This document shows, in pieces, positions 1 to 14,282 of a stretch of 64,000 nt of DNA (the stretch's first letter is position 1; every line of letters begins with the position of its first letter). The stretch comes from Octopus vulgaris. Its lineage: Eukaryota. Location of the stretch: assembly GCA_951406725.2 (NCBI GenBank), contig OX597831.1, positions 67,332,001 to 67,396,000 of the forward strand. The letters run 5' to 3'. The notes under the pieces are model-generated. The model did no database searches. It had not been told where the DNA came from and saw only the letters and a program-made list of their open reading frames with translations. Both the position numbers and the translations under genes were made by a program.

Positions 1-17
1 ATATATGTGTATATGTG

Positions 18-49
<32 letters not shown>

Positions 50-110
50 TGTATATATTTATGTAGTTATGTATGCACGCATACATGCATGTATGCATGT
101 ATGTTTTTAT

Positions 111-445
111 TCTTTATCTTTTATTTGTTTCAGTCATTAGACTGCGGCCATGCTGGGGCAGCGCATTCAAGAAATTTTAGTTGAATGAATGGAACCCCAG
201 TAATTATTGTTTTTTTTTGTTGCTTTTTGTTTTTTTAAGCCAGGTCTCTTTTGTTGAACAGCTAAGTTACGGGGACGTAAACACACCAACACTTGTTTTC
301 AAAAGGCGGCGGTGGTGGTGGTGATGGTGGTGGTGGTGGTGGTGGTGGTGGTGGTGGTGGTGGTGGTGGACAAACAGAGAGAGGCAAGCACAAAAACACA
401 CGCGCACGCACGCACGCACGCACACACATACATTTATTTATCTAT

Positions 446-484
<39 letters not shown>

Positions 485-1275
485 TACAGGTACGACGGGA
501 TTTTATTCAGTTTCCTTCTACTAAACTCACACACAAACCGAGGCTACGGTAGAAGACACTTGCCCAAGGTGCCACGCAATGACTGGGCCTGAACCCTGTA
601 CTATCGGGTTGGGAAGCAAACTTCTTATCACACAACCCACGCCTGCGCCTTCCTATTCTCTTTCTCTTTTCTCTTTTTACTTGTTTCAGTCATTTTGACT
701 GCTGCCATGCTGGAGCACCGCCTTTAGTCGAGCAACTCGACCCCGGGACTTATTCTTTATAAGCCTAGTACTTATTCTTTCGGTCTCTTTTTCCGAACCG
801 CTAAGTTATGGAGGACATAAACACACCAGCATCGGTTGTCAAGCAATGCTAGGGGGACAAACACAGACACACAAACATACACGCACATACATATATATAC
901 ATATATACGACGGGCTTCTATCAGTTTCCGTCTACCAAATCCACTCACAAGGCATTGGTCGGCCCGAAGCTATAGTACAAGTCACTTGCCCAAGGTGCCA
1001 CGCAGTGGGACTGAACCCGGAACCATGTGGTTGGTAAACAAGCTACTTACCACACAGCCACGCCCATCTTTTATTTTTTACTTTTTTCAGTCATAGGCAT
1101 GCGGTCATGCTGGAGCACGACCATAAAGGGTTCAGTCGAATAAATGGACTTCATTACATTAATTTCTAAATCTGGTACTTATTCTATCGATCACTTTTAC
1201 CGAACTGCTAAGTTACGAAGAAGTAAACAAACCAACACCGATTGCAAAGCGGTAGGGGGGGACAAATAAAAGCAC
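111..1275 (-). mobile_element. Three head-to-tail SINE A copies
   Basis: 111-650, 670-1064 and 1072-1275 (partial) all match the reverse complement of 47204-47696. Confidence 0.88.
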
Positions 1276-1453
1276 ACACTCATATATACACACATATCTA
1301 GTTATCTGTCTATCTATCTATATGTACGTATGTATGTACATATATATATATATATAAATTTATATTTAGTAGTGTACGTATTGTGAAAAATTATATGGTT
1401 CAATTTCTGCATATTTGGCATAAGAAATTTTTTCGTGTGCCCTTATTTATAAG

Positions 1454-1550
<97 letters not shown>

Positions 1551-1561
1551 ATGTATGTATA

Positions 1562-1814
1562 TATTTCGTTTTGGGATTTGATTTGCAAGATTCTTTATAT
1601 GAGTTTGTGTGTTGAAGCATATTCTGTTGTGTCTGGGGAGAGTCATTCTCTTTTAGTGCCTTATTAGTGCCTTATTATTTTCAATAGTCTTGAGAGTCAA
1701 GACTATTGAAAAGGTTGCAAGACGCAACGAAAATTTTAGAAAATAAAAATAAGAAATAAGTGGAAATTTTACCGGTGGGTGTGTTAAATAATAAGGCACT
1801 AAAAGAGAATGACT
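1562..1814. repeat. Foldback repeat (related copy at 46398-46620)
   Basis: agtcattctcttttagtgccttatt (1641-1665) is inverted at 1790-1814; hairpin ttttcaatagtcttga-gag-tcaagactattgaaaa at about 1678-1712. The 46.4-kb copy folds back at the same ggttgcaa..cgaaaattt motif. Confidence 0.6.
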
Positions 1815-2190
1815 GTGATAACAATGATTATCTGAATATTTGGAAAATCAAGTGCTTCCCATGGTCCAGACAGTATTCCCTGATGGTGAGTGCAGCTTCC
1901 AAGATGACACTGCTCCAATACACACCTCCCATGTGGTTAAGAATTAGCACGAAGAGCATAGTAGTGAGCTACAACACATGAAGTGGCCCCCTCAATCTTC
2001 AGATCTTAATGTTATTGAGCATCTGTGGTGCATCTTGGAGCGACAATTTAGAAGTCGTTACTTTGCACCGTTGTGTCTACAACAGCTGGAGCAGGTTCTG
2101 CGGGAAGAATGGCTCAAGATTCCTCTCAATGAAGTCAAGAAGTTGTATGAATCAATTTCTAGACGCATCGAAGCTGTTCAGAAAGCTGAA
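1815..2190 (+). mobile_element. Tc1 transposase C-terminal fragment
   Basis: FQDDTAP and WPPQSSDLNVIEHLW...ESISRRIEAV. Confidence 0.8.
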
Positions 2191-2297
2191 TTTAATACGT
2201 GTTCCATTTATTTTGTCCAACTCCTGTTAGACAAAATAAAGAAAACAGAAAATGGAGAAATATTGAGGAACATAGTATAATGGGTACTTCTATCCCT

Positions 2298-2486
2298 TAG
2301 TCATTTGACTGCAGCCATGCTGGAGCACCGCCTTTAGTCGAACAAATCAACTCCAGGACTTATTCTTTGTAAGCCTAGTACTCATTTCATCCGTCTCTTT
2401 TGCCGAACCACTAAGGTTACGGGGACATAAACATGCCAACATCGGTTGTCAAGCGATAGTAGGTGGTCAAACACAGACACACAAAT

Positions 2487-2523
<37 letters not shown>

Positions 2524-3008
2524 CCACGGGCTTCTTTCAGTTTCCGTCTACCAAATCCACTCACAAGGCTTTGGTCGGCCCGAGGCAACAGTAGAAGACA
2601 CTTGTCCAAGGTGCCATGCAGTGGGACTGAACCCGGAACCATGTGGTTGGGAAGGAAGCTTTTACCATATAGCAACTCCTGCGCCTATATTTTTTTTTGT
2701 TGCTGTCATTTGACCGCGGCCATGTTGGAGCACCGCCTTTAGTCGAACAAATCAATCCCAGGACTTATTCTCTGTAAACCTAGTACTCATTACACCAGTC
2801 ACTTTTGCCGTACTGCTAAGTTACGGAGACATAAACACTAACATCGGTTGTCAAGCGATGGTGTGGGGGCAAACACGATGTGCTTCTTTCAATTTCCGTC
2901 TACCAAATCTATTCACAAGTCTTTGGTCAGCCAAAGGCTATAGTAGAAGTGGGCTGAACCCGAAATCATGTGGTTGGTAAGCAAGCTACTTACCACACAG
3001 CCACTCCT
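2298..3008 (-). mobile_element. Two head-to-tail SINE A copies
   Basis: 2298-2687 and 2703-3008 match family A. Confidence 0.88.
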
Positions 3009-3066
3009 TATTTGCACCTTATTTGTTTATGTATATACATATATAAATGCATGTATACACACACTT

Positions 3067-3105
<39 letters not shown>

Positions 3106-3189
3106 ATAACAAAATAATAAATAAAACATATGCATATATACATACATATATGTACGTACCTACATCTATATCTATATATACACGCATAT

Positions 3190-3705
3190 ATGGGTACAGG
3201 ACACCAAAAAAACGTCGAACACAATGAGAAACGAAAACATAAACACAAAACCAAGGAAATGGACATTTTTCTTAAACAACGAAAAAAAAAACCGAAAAAA
3301 TAGAGTACAAGACATACAACACAAGGAAAATTCCCCTTCTTCAGTCGCCTCTATTTCGCTTTGATACATATAGACCCAAAAACTTTTCAGAAACTGAAAA
3401 TATAAATAATATAGCCGAACCTAGGAACAAGAGAAAAAAACATGCCTAACCGAACGCCACAACCAAAATACAAAACTCACCAGAGAAAAGATGTTAAGAA
3501 CAGAAGAAATAATAGACAAAAAAAAAAAGAATCTATTTTTTGGGGTCAGGACAGTAAACACCGGAGAAAGAAAAAGTCCAAGAAGAAACACCTGTGGAAC
3601 AACTGATAGGATGGACCCTAAAATTATTAATCAGTCAAAAAGAAATATAGACAGTGACGAACTTCGGTTATTGATGAAAGGAGTGAAATTCACACCTACA
3701 CCTTA
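3190..3705 (+). mobile_element. Penelope-like relic (N-terminal ORF piece)
   Basis: KIINQSKRNIDSDELRLLMKGVKFTPTP matches the Penelope pre-RT motif INLS...E..LL.KGL.F.PTP. Confidence 0.6.
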
Positions 3706-3994
3706 TCCATTGGTCCCGTTCTCATAACATACATTTAAGTATCTGGACTCACGTGGACCGGTTTCTGCACTGGCAAAATAAGCGTTAGCTTCTTCGGCAC
3801 GCGTTACCATGATTAGAGATTCCCAAGCCATCGTTTTGAAGTCTGTGCCACAACTGATTCGTTTTGCGCCGAAATCACAGCAGCCACCAGTGTAAAATAA
3901 TCTCGATACATTTTACGAGAAAAATAATTATTTTATACTGTCGCAGTATATTTATATTTATTTATGACAGTCGCAGGAAATTTTGTATGCATAA

Positions 3995-4466
3995 CACTTT
4001 TAAACTTCAGAAGGGTATGCACATAACCATCTGTCATTTCTTCGGTTAACTTTGTGATCTTGGTCGAAATTTTTCTCGTTTGAGAAAAACCACATCAAAT
4101 CTTCTGATAGATTTTTCAGCTTGGAGATCGTTTGTTGAACTTGCCGGATAAATTTAAGTGTTCTGATGATTTCAGAGCGTTTAGAATGCTTTTTATGCTT
4201 TGATACTTGTGATACATTTCCATCTTTAGTCTCTAACTCCTTACAAACTTTATAGACGAAAGATAGGGCAATTTTTAAAAATCGAGATATTTCTAAATCG
4301 CTATGCTCAGCCTTTATAACCACAATAACAGCATGCCTCTTCGTTTCTTGAGTAAGCTGAGGGTTTGCCATTATTATTTTCTGAAACGAAGATTATACAG
4401 AGTTAACAAAAAAAGGAGCAATTAGCCAAAAAATGCATGTCCTCAAATACCTTACGCACCCTGTAT
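3995..4466 (-). mobile_element. Tc1/mariner 5' fragment
   Basis: HTH-like N-terminus, WFFSNEKNF..RRNDRW, terminus TACAGGGTGCG next to (TA)n. Confidence 0.7.
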
Positions 4467-4736
4467 ATATATAGTAAAATTTCTTTGTGTATTGTATTGG
4501 CAGTAGTTTGAAGTGCTCAGATAAAAAATGTTAAGGAGAGTTCAAATAGGATCAATAATTTATATAAACATATATTACGCCATGGATCGATGTATATCAG
4601 TTTTTAAATATACAAATGTGTCAATCATTAAAATATTAAAACATTAAAAATCTATGAATACATAAATAAGTATTCATCGATCTATGGAAACATATGCTTG
4701 TATAAATTGTTGAACCTTATTTCAATTCTCCTTCAC

Positions 4737-4821
<85 letters not shown>

Positions 4822-5254
4822 TTCTCTTATTCTTTTATTTGTTTCAGCCTTTAGTCCAACAAATCGATCCCAGGACTTATTCCTTGTAAGCCTATCAGAC
4901 TCTTTTGCCGAACATCAGTTGTCAAGTGATGGTGGGGACAAATACAGACACAAAAATACACACATATACGACGGGCTTCTTTCAGTTTCTGTCTATCAAA
5001 TCCACTTACAAGGCTTTTGTTCACAAAACTAACTGACTGTGACATACTTCTTCATGCAGTTATAGAGAGGTTATACGTTTCCGGCATTTATGTCTAGTGA
5101 GTCGCCTACATGGCTAAGCGTTTTATAGGTGTTAAACCAATGGTCACTCTATGACCGGCCATAACAATCAACTTCCTAAAATATATAATATTGCTCTAAT
5201 GTTTTAGATGTGCTTCTTTTTCAGATACATGAGCTAGTGACGATACATGTGTAT

Positions 5255-5265
5255 GAATATATATA

Positions 5266-5301
<36 letters not shown>

Positions 5302-5401
5302 TGTATGTATGTATGTATGTATGTATGTATGTATGTATGTATGTATGCATGTATGTATGTATGTATGTATGTATGTATGTATGTATGTATGTATGTATGT
5401 A

Positions 5402-5442
<41 letters not shown>

Positions 5443-5848
5443 TGGTAAAAACGGTAAGATAACAAAAGAAAGAAAGAGACCTCAATATTATGTAAATAGA
5501 GGAAATTTATCTGTAAAATAATATGTGACAATTATTCGGTAGCCAAGATAAAACTCTGAGTTTCGGATGCCGAGGTGGAAATCCACAACACCACCTCTTC
5601 GGTTATATATATACATATATATGTATGTATATATATATATATGTACGTATGTATGTATGTACGTATGTATGTATGTATGTATGTATGTATGTATGTATGT
5701 ATGTATGTATGTATGCATGCATGCATGTATGTATGTATGTATGTATGTATGCATGCATGCATGCATGCATGCATGCATGTATGTATGTATGTATGTATGT
5801 ATGTATGTATGTATGTATGTATGTATGTATGTATGTATGTATGTATAT
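5255..5848. repeat. (TATG)n/(CATG)n/(TA)n tracts; similar at 20560-20995
   Basis: Read directly. Confidence 0.95.
5548..5606 (-). ncRNA. Degenerate hammerhead-like motif in a Penelope pseudo-LTR relic (5440-5606)
   Basis: Minus strand reads AUAA-CCGAAGA-gg...caucc-GAAA-CUCAGAG-UU-UUAU, with a core U>C change. The relic sits between (TA)n tracts. Confidence 0.45.
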
Positions 5849-6116
5849 TAAATTCAACTTACGTTTGCTTTAGAAGCGTTGAGATGTATTGAAAGATACA
5901 GATAAGGAAATAAGTTTATTCTCAAACGCAGGATATTCCTAATAATATAGCATGAACAAGAAAAATATCCATATTTTTCAGAAAAATCTGTCGGCAGCCA
6001 AGATTGTGAGGTCGAGTCTCATAGCTGGCCACCGACAGTTGTTTCTGCAAAATATGGATAGTTTATCTTGTTCATGTATTATCCTGCGTTTGAGAATAAA
6101 ATGATTTCTTTATCTG

Positions 6117-7444
<1,328 letters not shown>

Positions 7445-7866
7445 TGTGTGTATTATATATATATACTCTATGTGTGTGTGTATTACATATATATACTCTA
7501 TGTGTGCGTGTGCGCGCGCGCGTGTGAGTGTGTCTTTATGTCTGTGCCCATCACCACTTGAAAACCGGTGTTGGTGTGCTTACGTAATTTAGCAAAAGAA
7601 ACCGATAGAATAAGTACCAGGCTTAAAAAGAAAAGCACTGAGGTCAATTCATTCAACTGAAATTCTTCAAGACGGTACTCCAACATGGTCGCAGTCTAAT
7701 GCCATAAACAAGTAAAAGGTAAAAGATGAAAAATATTTTGTGATTCGCCTGAAAGTTCGCACCGTGGGGCAATAAAAATTCGGTTTATAATAAGCAATAC
7801 GCTTTACCCTATTTATTGATTTCAAATTTTGGTACAAGGCCAGCAATTTCGTGGGATGGGATAAAT

Positions 7867-8170
7867 GTTTGTTCCTTCTCGAGTCCTGCCTAGCTCATAA
7901 GGGCCGGTTTCCCGGTTTCTTGGCGTATAGGATCCCCACCTGGACGGGACGCCGGTCCGTCGCAGGTGAGCGGCAAGATGCAGGAGGAAAGAGTGAGAGA
8001 AAGTTGTGGTGAAAGAGTCAGCAGAAGTTTCACCATTACCTTCTGCCGGAGCCGCGTGGAGCTTAGGTGTTTTCGCTCATAAACACACACATCACCCGGT
8101 CTGAGATTCGAACCTGCGATCCCTCGACCGCGAGTCCGCTGCCCTAACCACTAGGCCATGTGCTTCCACA
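7867..8170 (-). mobile_element. SINE family C, tail type 2, TSD GGGATGGGATAAAT
   Basis: Family C head with a different 3' half; TSD at 7853-7866 and 8172-8185. Sister copies at 26432-26727 (+) and 41636-41939 (-), both with TSDs. Confidence 0.88.
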
Positions 8171-8683
8171 AGGGATGGGATAAATCCATTACATTGACCG
8201 CAGTGATCAGCTGGTACTTATTTTATTGTCCCCGAAGGAATGAAAAGCAAATTCGATCTCGGCAGAATTTGAACTCAGAACGTAAAGGCGTACGAAGAGC
8301 CGCGGAGTATTTTGCCCGGCCAGCTAACAATTCTTCCAGCTAACCACCTTAATACTGATTTCAAATTTTGACACAAGGCGAGAAATTTGGGGGAAAGGAC
8401 AAGTCAATTGTATCGACCTCAGTGTTCAACTGGTACTTATTTCATCGACCCCGAGAGGATGGAAGGCAAAGTCGACCACGGTGGAATTTGAAATCAACGT
8501 GAAGACGGATTAAAAACCGCTGGGTATGTTGTCCGGCATGTAAACGACTCTGTCAGCTCACCATCTTTAGCTGCCTTAATATTGAGTACTGTTTCCCTCC
8601 TTCGCAATCCAATTATAACGTTTGTCTACGTATCTTTATATATAACTTATATATCTATAACTTATGTAAGTATATCGTATGTT

Positions 8684-8737
<54 letters not shown>

Positions 8738-8758
8738 ATTTATGTGCTATCTGAGTAT

Positions 8759-8817
8759 ATTCCACTGAAGAAGGCAGAGCATTTCTTATGCAGAGTCAGA
8801 AATCCGGGATCTGGAAT
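8759..8817 (+). ncRNA. Hammerhead ribozyme-like motif (decayed stem II)
   Basis: AUUCCA-CUGAAGA-aggc...gcau uucuu augc...guca-GAAA-UCCGGGA-UC-UGGAAU. Lies beside (TA)n. Confidence 0.55.
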
Positions 8818-9135
8818 TATCCTTTTTTTTTTTTTTGCTAGTTTATTTTGTCGCTTTGTTTTCTCTCCTGGTGCTGTATGAACATTTAATGTGGCTTTAG
8901 AGACAAGTTTTGGCTGCTATTTCCAGCGTGGTGGTACCTCTTAGATAACCCTAAATTATAGTTTTAATAATAATTATTACGTTTGAAGGTTTTTATTCCC
9001 ATGCTCCCCACCTGATAAGATGGGTATTTAAATAACGATCTTATCCTTATTTATTTATATAAATTTACATATATGTGTGTGTGTGTGTGTATACACACAC
9101 ACACATATATATGTATATATATATATATATATACA

Positions 9136-9224
<89 letters not shown>

Positions 9225-9225
<1 letters not shown>

Positions 9226-9984
9226 CTCTCTATATATAAACGGCAGTTTGTCTGTCTGTCAGGTTGTACCCTCACCCTGACCACGGCTTTCAACCGATTC
9301 TGATGAAACTTGACACACACATAGCCCAATGTCATAATTCAAAACTAACGCAGCGAAAATTTTGAAAAGTTCCCCCAGTTCTGAAAAAAAATCGATAAAT
9401 TCGACATGGGTCGAGAATCTAAGCTTTTTATATGCAACACATTTTCTACAGACTGTCTAGGGAACGCAACTCGACCTTTTTAACTCTCGGAACACGTGGG
9501 GTAAGTATCCCAAAATGTATAAAAATGTACAAAAATGGCAAAAAAAGCGGGCAGCAATGTGAGTGACAACAACGAAAAAGTCAAAAGTGACCAAACTGAA
9601 CAAACGAATGGAAAAGGTTTTTTGATGCACACGACAAAGGCGGTTTATGATAAACCAAGAGTTTGCAAGTAGCATCCGAGGACCCTTAGGGTACGTCAAA
9701 AATTTAAGGTAAAACGTTCGGGGTGGTAGTTATAAAGAAAGTGTAAACAAAAAAAGTATTCGAATAACTTGCGGCTGTTGGGGGTAAAGTCTCGAATGTA
9801 ATTTCTTCCTGGTAGGAATTGGTTGGGTTGAATTATCGATAGCTGTTTGATAGTTATTTGGGAGTGAAGAGAAGACATTGCAACCTACACATGCGCCTTC
9901 GTTCCCTAGAGGGAAAGGACTAGATTGGGATTAGTCGTTGCCTACTAGGGGCTTTTACATACCCGGGCAACGCCGGGGTATGCT

Positions 9985-9986
<2 letters not shown>
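9225..9986 (+). mobile_element. Non-autonomous Helitron
   Basis: 5' A|TCTCTCTATATATAAA followed by (GTCT)n; 3' hairpin CCCGGGCAACGCCGGG then CTGG|T. Confidence 0.75.
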
Positions 9987-10043
<57 letters not shown>

Positions 10044-10191
10044 GGTTAAGTGATTGAGATTCAAGTGAATTCTAAAGAATCCACATGAATATGGTCCTTA
10101 ACTAGGATGCACCGGAAATCTATATGGTGTTAACCATACGACAAGTGAGGTGATTACAAATAGGAAAAAAGCAACAAGAATGGATTAAAAT

Positions 10192-10277
10192 CTCGGTACG
10201 ATCGTTTCGTACGAGGACATCTTTAATAAGCTACAAAAAATACAGTGAATACAGATGGCTCGTACTCGTCAGCCGAA
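10192..10277 (-). ncRNA. Type I hammerhead ribozyme (Penelope pseudo-LTR, left arm)
   Basis: Minus strand reads UUCGG-CUGACGA-GUACGAG...CUCGUAC-GAAA-CGAUCG-UA-CCGAG: complete core, stems I and II, palindromic mini stem III, GUA cleavage triplet. Confidence 0.85.
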
Positions 10278-11581
10278 AAAACATCAGAGAATTCCCAAAC
10301 ATCAAAAGGGGTAGATACAAAAGAGGTTGTAAGATTAACTGCATTGAGGAAAGTTCCATTCATGGAGATCCGATGAAAGGTTTTAAACTTACAGAATTTG
10401 TGCATGTCTACATATAGCTCATATTAAATTGCTAATCAAGTTGTGTGAAGAAATTTTCGGATACAGTCATGCAAAATTTCTGAAAATCCGAGTAAGAAGC
10501 AAAATGACTGTCATATCGTGTAGAGGAAAGTCTGAGTAAAAAGCAAAGTGACTGTCATAACGTGTAGAGGAACAGATTGATATTGAAATTTACAAGAATC
10601 GCAGATAAGTTCGATTCTTGGAGATCCGATGAAAAGTCTTGAACTTACAGAATATGTGCATGTCCTTATAGTTCATAATCCAGTTTTGTGAAGAGATTTA
10701 GGGTACAATCATGCGAAAATATCAGGGAATCCGAATGAGAAGCAAAGTGACAGTCTTATACTGTAGAGGTGCAGGTTGTTAATGAATTTTACAAGAATCA
10801 CAGAGAGAGGAGGAAGGAAGTAGAATTTAATCAGTTACTGCTATTAAAGCTATCAAAGAGAAAGGGAAGGGGAAGCTAAGGGGATGGGCACAAATTGATA
10901 CTACCAGAAAATCTAAGCTTGTTTAGTGCAAAATTCGAACTGAGGTCAACAATTTATTTCTTTATTTATAAATGTTACTATTAATAGATTGTCAGGTTAC
11001 AATGAGAGGTCATTAGAAAGGAAAGAAAAATGGGGTTGTTTTTTAATGAAACCAAACAATTATATTATTATTATACTATACTATAATACACTACACTATA
11101 TTATATTATATTATTTTATATTATATTATATCACATCACAATACACTACGATAGGTTTGGGATTAGCAGAATTAATAATTAGTGTAAAAGAAACCTAAGA
11201 GATTTAACTAACTAATTCTTATATATGGGTTAAAGTGAAATAGACTAAGAAATGGAGATAAAAATAGAGCAAAAATTTAAATTATTAATATGGTCCAATA
11301 GAAATAAATCAAATAATTTAAATCAATAAGTATTAAATAGTACAATCAGAGAGAGAATATAATCATAGCTAGTTAGATCTTATCTTTCTAGTTAAATATA
11401 TAATATACTATGTAGGAGTGATATATAAGTCAAAGTGAAATTTATACAAAGTAATTCCAGTATACAGTTATCAATTGAAATATCATTTAAAGTATTTAAG
11501 AGTCTTAACTCGAGCATGTATACAAGAATTCCAAGTTCAATTCTGCTGTTTAATGGAATTTCTCTATTATTTCATTTCATT

Positions 11582-12945
11582 TCATTTGGGTTTGAGTCCA
11601 TGCTCAGGCCAAGTCGATGCTTCCATGGAGCAAAGTTGGCAACCTACTCTGCTATTTTTATAGGGTTTTGCTCTTCTGACTAATTCCCAATTAAGGTTAT
11701 ATTTGATATTATTGATTTTTAGTTCCCAAATTTTACTAGAAAGAGTGGTGCTATCAGCTTTATGACGTAATTTGAAGGATGAGAGATGGTTATTCAATAT
11801 CTGTTTAAAATTTACAGTACATCCAACATAAGAGAACTTATTATTATCTGTGGTTACGGAGCATTTGTAGATTATGTTAGTTAACCCGCATAAACCAGGG
11901 GCCGGGCATTTTGATTTAATTCTGCAATTACATCTAGGAGCATTATAATTAGAGGTGGAATAACTTGAGGATAGAAGTCTCATATTACTGTTGTTCGAAG
12001 CAGAGCGGGTAAATTTATCATAATTTTGATTATTGTTATTATCTAAAAAAACTCTATCATTATTGTAGTTAATATTATTATCTAAAATAGTATTATCATT
12101 TATTGGTATTCTTACATTTTCATTTGGTTCTAAAGTACCACTTTCATTATTAATATTATTGGTGCTGCTATCTAAAATAATGTTATCATTATTGTAGTTA
12201 ATGTTATCTCCTAAAGTAGTATTATCATTTGTCGGTATTCTTACACTATCGTTTGGTTCTATAACCCTACTATCATTATTGATATTGTTGATGCTATTAG
12301 TATTGCTGTCGGTATTGTTTTCCAAATGTGTAGTGTTGTTGCTGATAATATTGTTACCCTCATTCACTGTACTTACATTCCTGGTATTATTCAAATTATT
12401 AACATAATCATTCCTATTTATGTTATTATTGTTGTTAATAATTCCATAGCTATTGGTTATATTTATTATATGACATTCCTTATTATTATTATTGTTGCAA
12501 TTATTACTTTCCGTACTGTTATTACAATTTTCCATTGTATTTTTATTTTTATTGATTAAATTTTTTCTGGCTAGTTTTATGTTATTATTATTGATCTTAG
12601 CTATTAAAGTGGACATATTTGGGAGAGTTGAATAAGAAATTCTGACTGTCTTTTTAGAAATAATTTTATGATATCTATGAGAGGATGGGAAATTTTTTTC
12701 TAGAATTGTTTTGAATCTACTCTGAATATCTGATGAAACCGCACAGTTAAAATGGATGTTTAGCCATATTATGTCTTTCTTATTAAATTTCTTAGAATTT
12801 GAGTTAGGGCTGCTAGAATTTTTCCCACTAGAGTTAGGGTTGTTAGAATTAATCCTACCATCATCAGATTCTTTGTATTTATTAATGTTCCTGTTAGCAT
12901 GTTTGCTAGTTTTATCCAAGTTTATTTTATCCTTATTATACTTAT
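11582..12945 (-). pseudogene. Penelope-like ORF fragment: RT thumb, Asn-rich insert, CNC..CP..C linker, GIY-YIG endonuclease
   Basis: IIWLN...NFPSSH...ISYSTLPNM; RCNCRIKSKCPAPGLC; IIYKC...YVGCT..FKQILNNH; CQLCSMEA. The intact C-terminus (CQLC...LNSRIELGKSCIH..KYFK*) survives in the right arm at 12967-13101 (+). The TTG start in the track is artificial. Confidence 0.85.
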
Positions 12946-14282
12946 TATAATATCCTTATTATACTTTGCCAACTTTGCTCCATGGAAGCATTTGAAATAC
13001 TAATGTATAGAAATAATAGAGAAATTCCATTAAACAGCAGAATTGAACTTGGAAAATCTTGTATACATGCTCGAGTTAAGACTCTTAAATACTTTAAATG
13101 ATATTTCAATTGATAACTGTATACTGGAATTACTTTGTATAAATTTCACTTTGACTTATATATCACTCCTACATAGTATATTATATATTTAACTAGAAAG
13201 ATAAGATCTAACTAGCTATGATTATATTCTCTCTCTGATTGTACTATTTAATACTTATTGATTTAAATTATTTGATTTATTTTTATTGGACCATATTAAT
13301 AATTTAAATTTTTGCTCTATTTTTATCTCCATTTCTTAGTCTATTTCACTTTAACCCATATATAAAAATTAGTTAGTTAAATCTCTTAGGTTTCTTTTAC
13401 ACTAATTATTAATTCTGCTAATCCCAAACCTATCGTAGTGTATTGTGATGTGATATAATATAATATAAAATAATATAATATAATATAGTGTAGTGTATTA
13501 TAGTATAGTATAATAATAATATAATTGTTTGGTTTCATTAAAAAACAACCCCATTTTTCTTTCCTTTCTAATGACCTCTCATTGTAACCTGACAATCTAT
13601 TAATAGTAACATTTATAAATAAAGAAATAAATTGTTGACCTCAGTTCGAATTTTGCACTAAACAAGCTTAGATTTTCTGGTAGTATCAATTTGTGCCCAT
13701 CCCCTTAGCTTCCCCTTCCCTTTCTCTTTGATAGCTTTAATAGCAGTAACTGATTAAATTCTACTTCCTTCCTCCTCTCTCTGTGATTCTTGTAAAATTC
13801 ATTAACAACCTGCACCTCTACAGTATAAGACTGTCACTTTGCTTCTCATTCGGATTCCCTGATATTTTCGCATGATTGTACCCTAAATCTCTTCACAAAA
13901 CTGGATTATGAACTATAAGGACATGCACATATTCTGTAAGTTCAAGACTTTTCATCGGATCTCCAAGAATCGAACTTATCTGCGATTCTTGTAAATTTCA
14001 ATATCAATCTGTTCCTCTACACGTTATGACAGTCACTTTGCTTTTTACTCAGACTTTCCTCTACACGATATGACAGTCATTTTGCTTCTTACTCGGATTT
14101 TCAGAAATTTTGCATGACTGTATCCGAAAATTTCTTCACACAACTTGATTAGACATGCACAAATTCTGTAAGTTTAAAACCTTTCATTGGATCTCCATGA
14201 ATCGAACTTTCCTCAATGCAGTTAATCTTACAACCTCTTTTGTATCTACCCCTTTTGATGTTTGGGAATTCTCTGATGTTTT

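Noticed and set aside
11582-13101. Selenoprotein-type recoding reported for some Naiad elements
   Set aside because: The conserved Cys positions here are ordinary TGT/TGC codons; no in-frame TGA at those sites.
10989-13595. Identical 69-aa ORFs on opposite strands (10989-11198 and 13386-13595)
   Set aside because: They result from the inverted pseudo-LTR and are antisense to the element's UTR.
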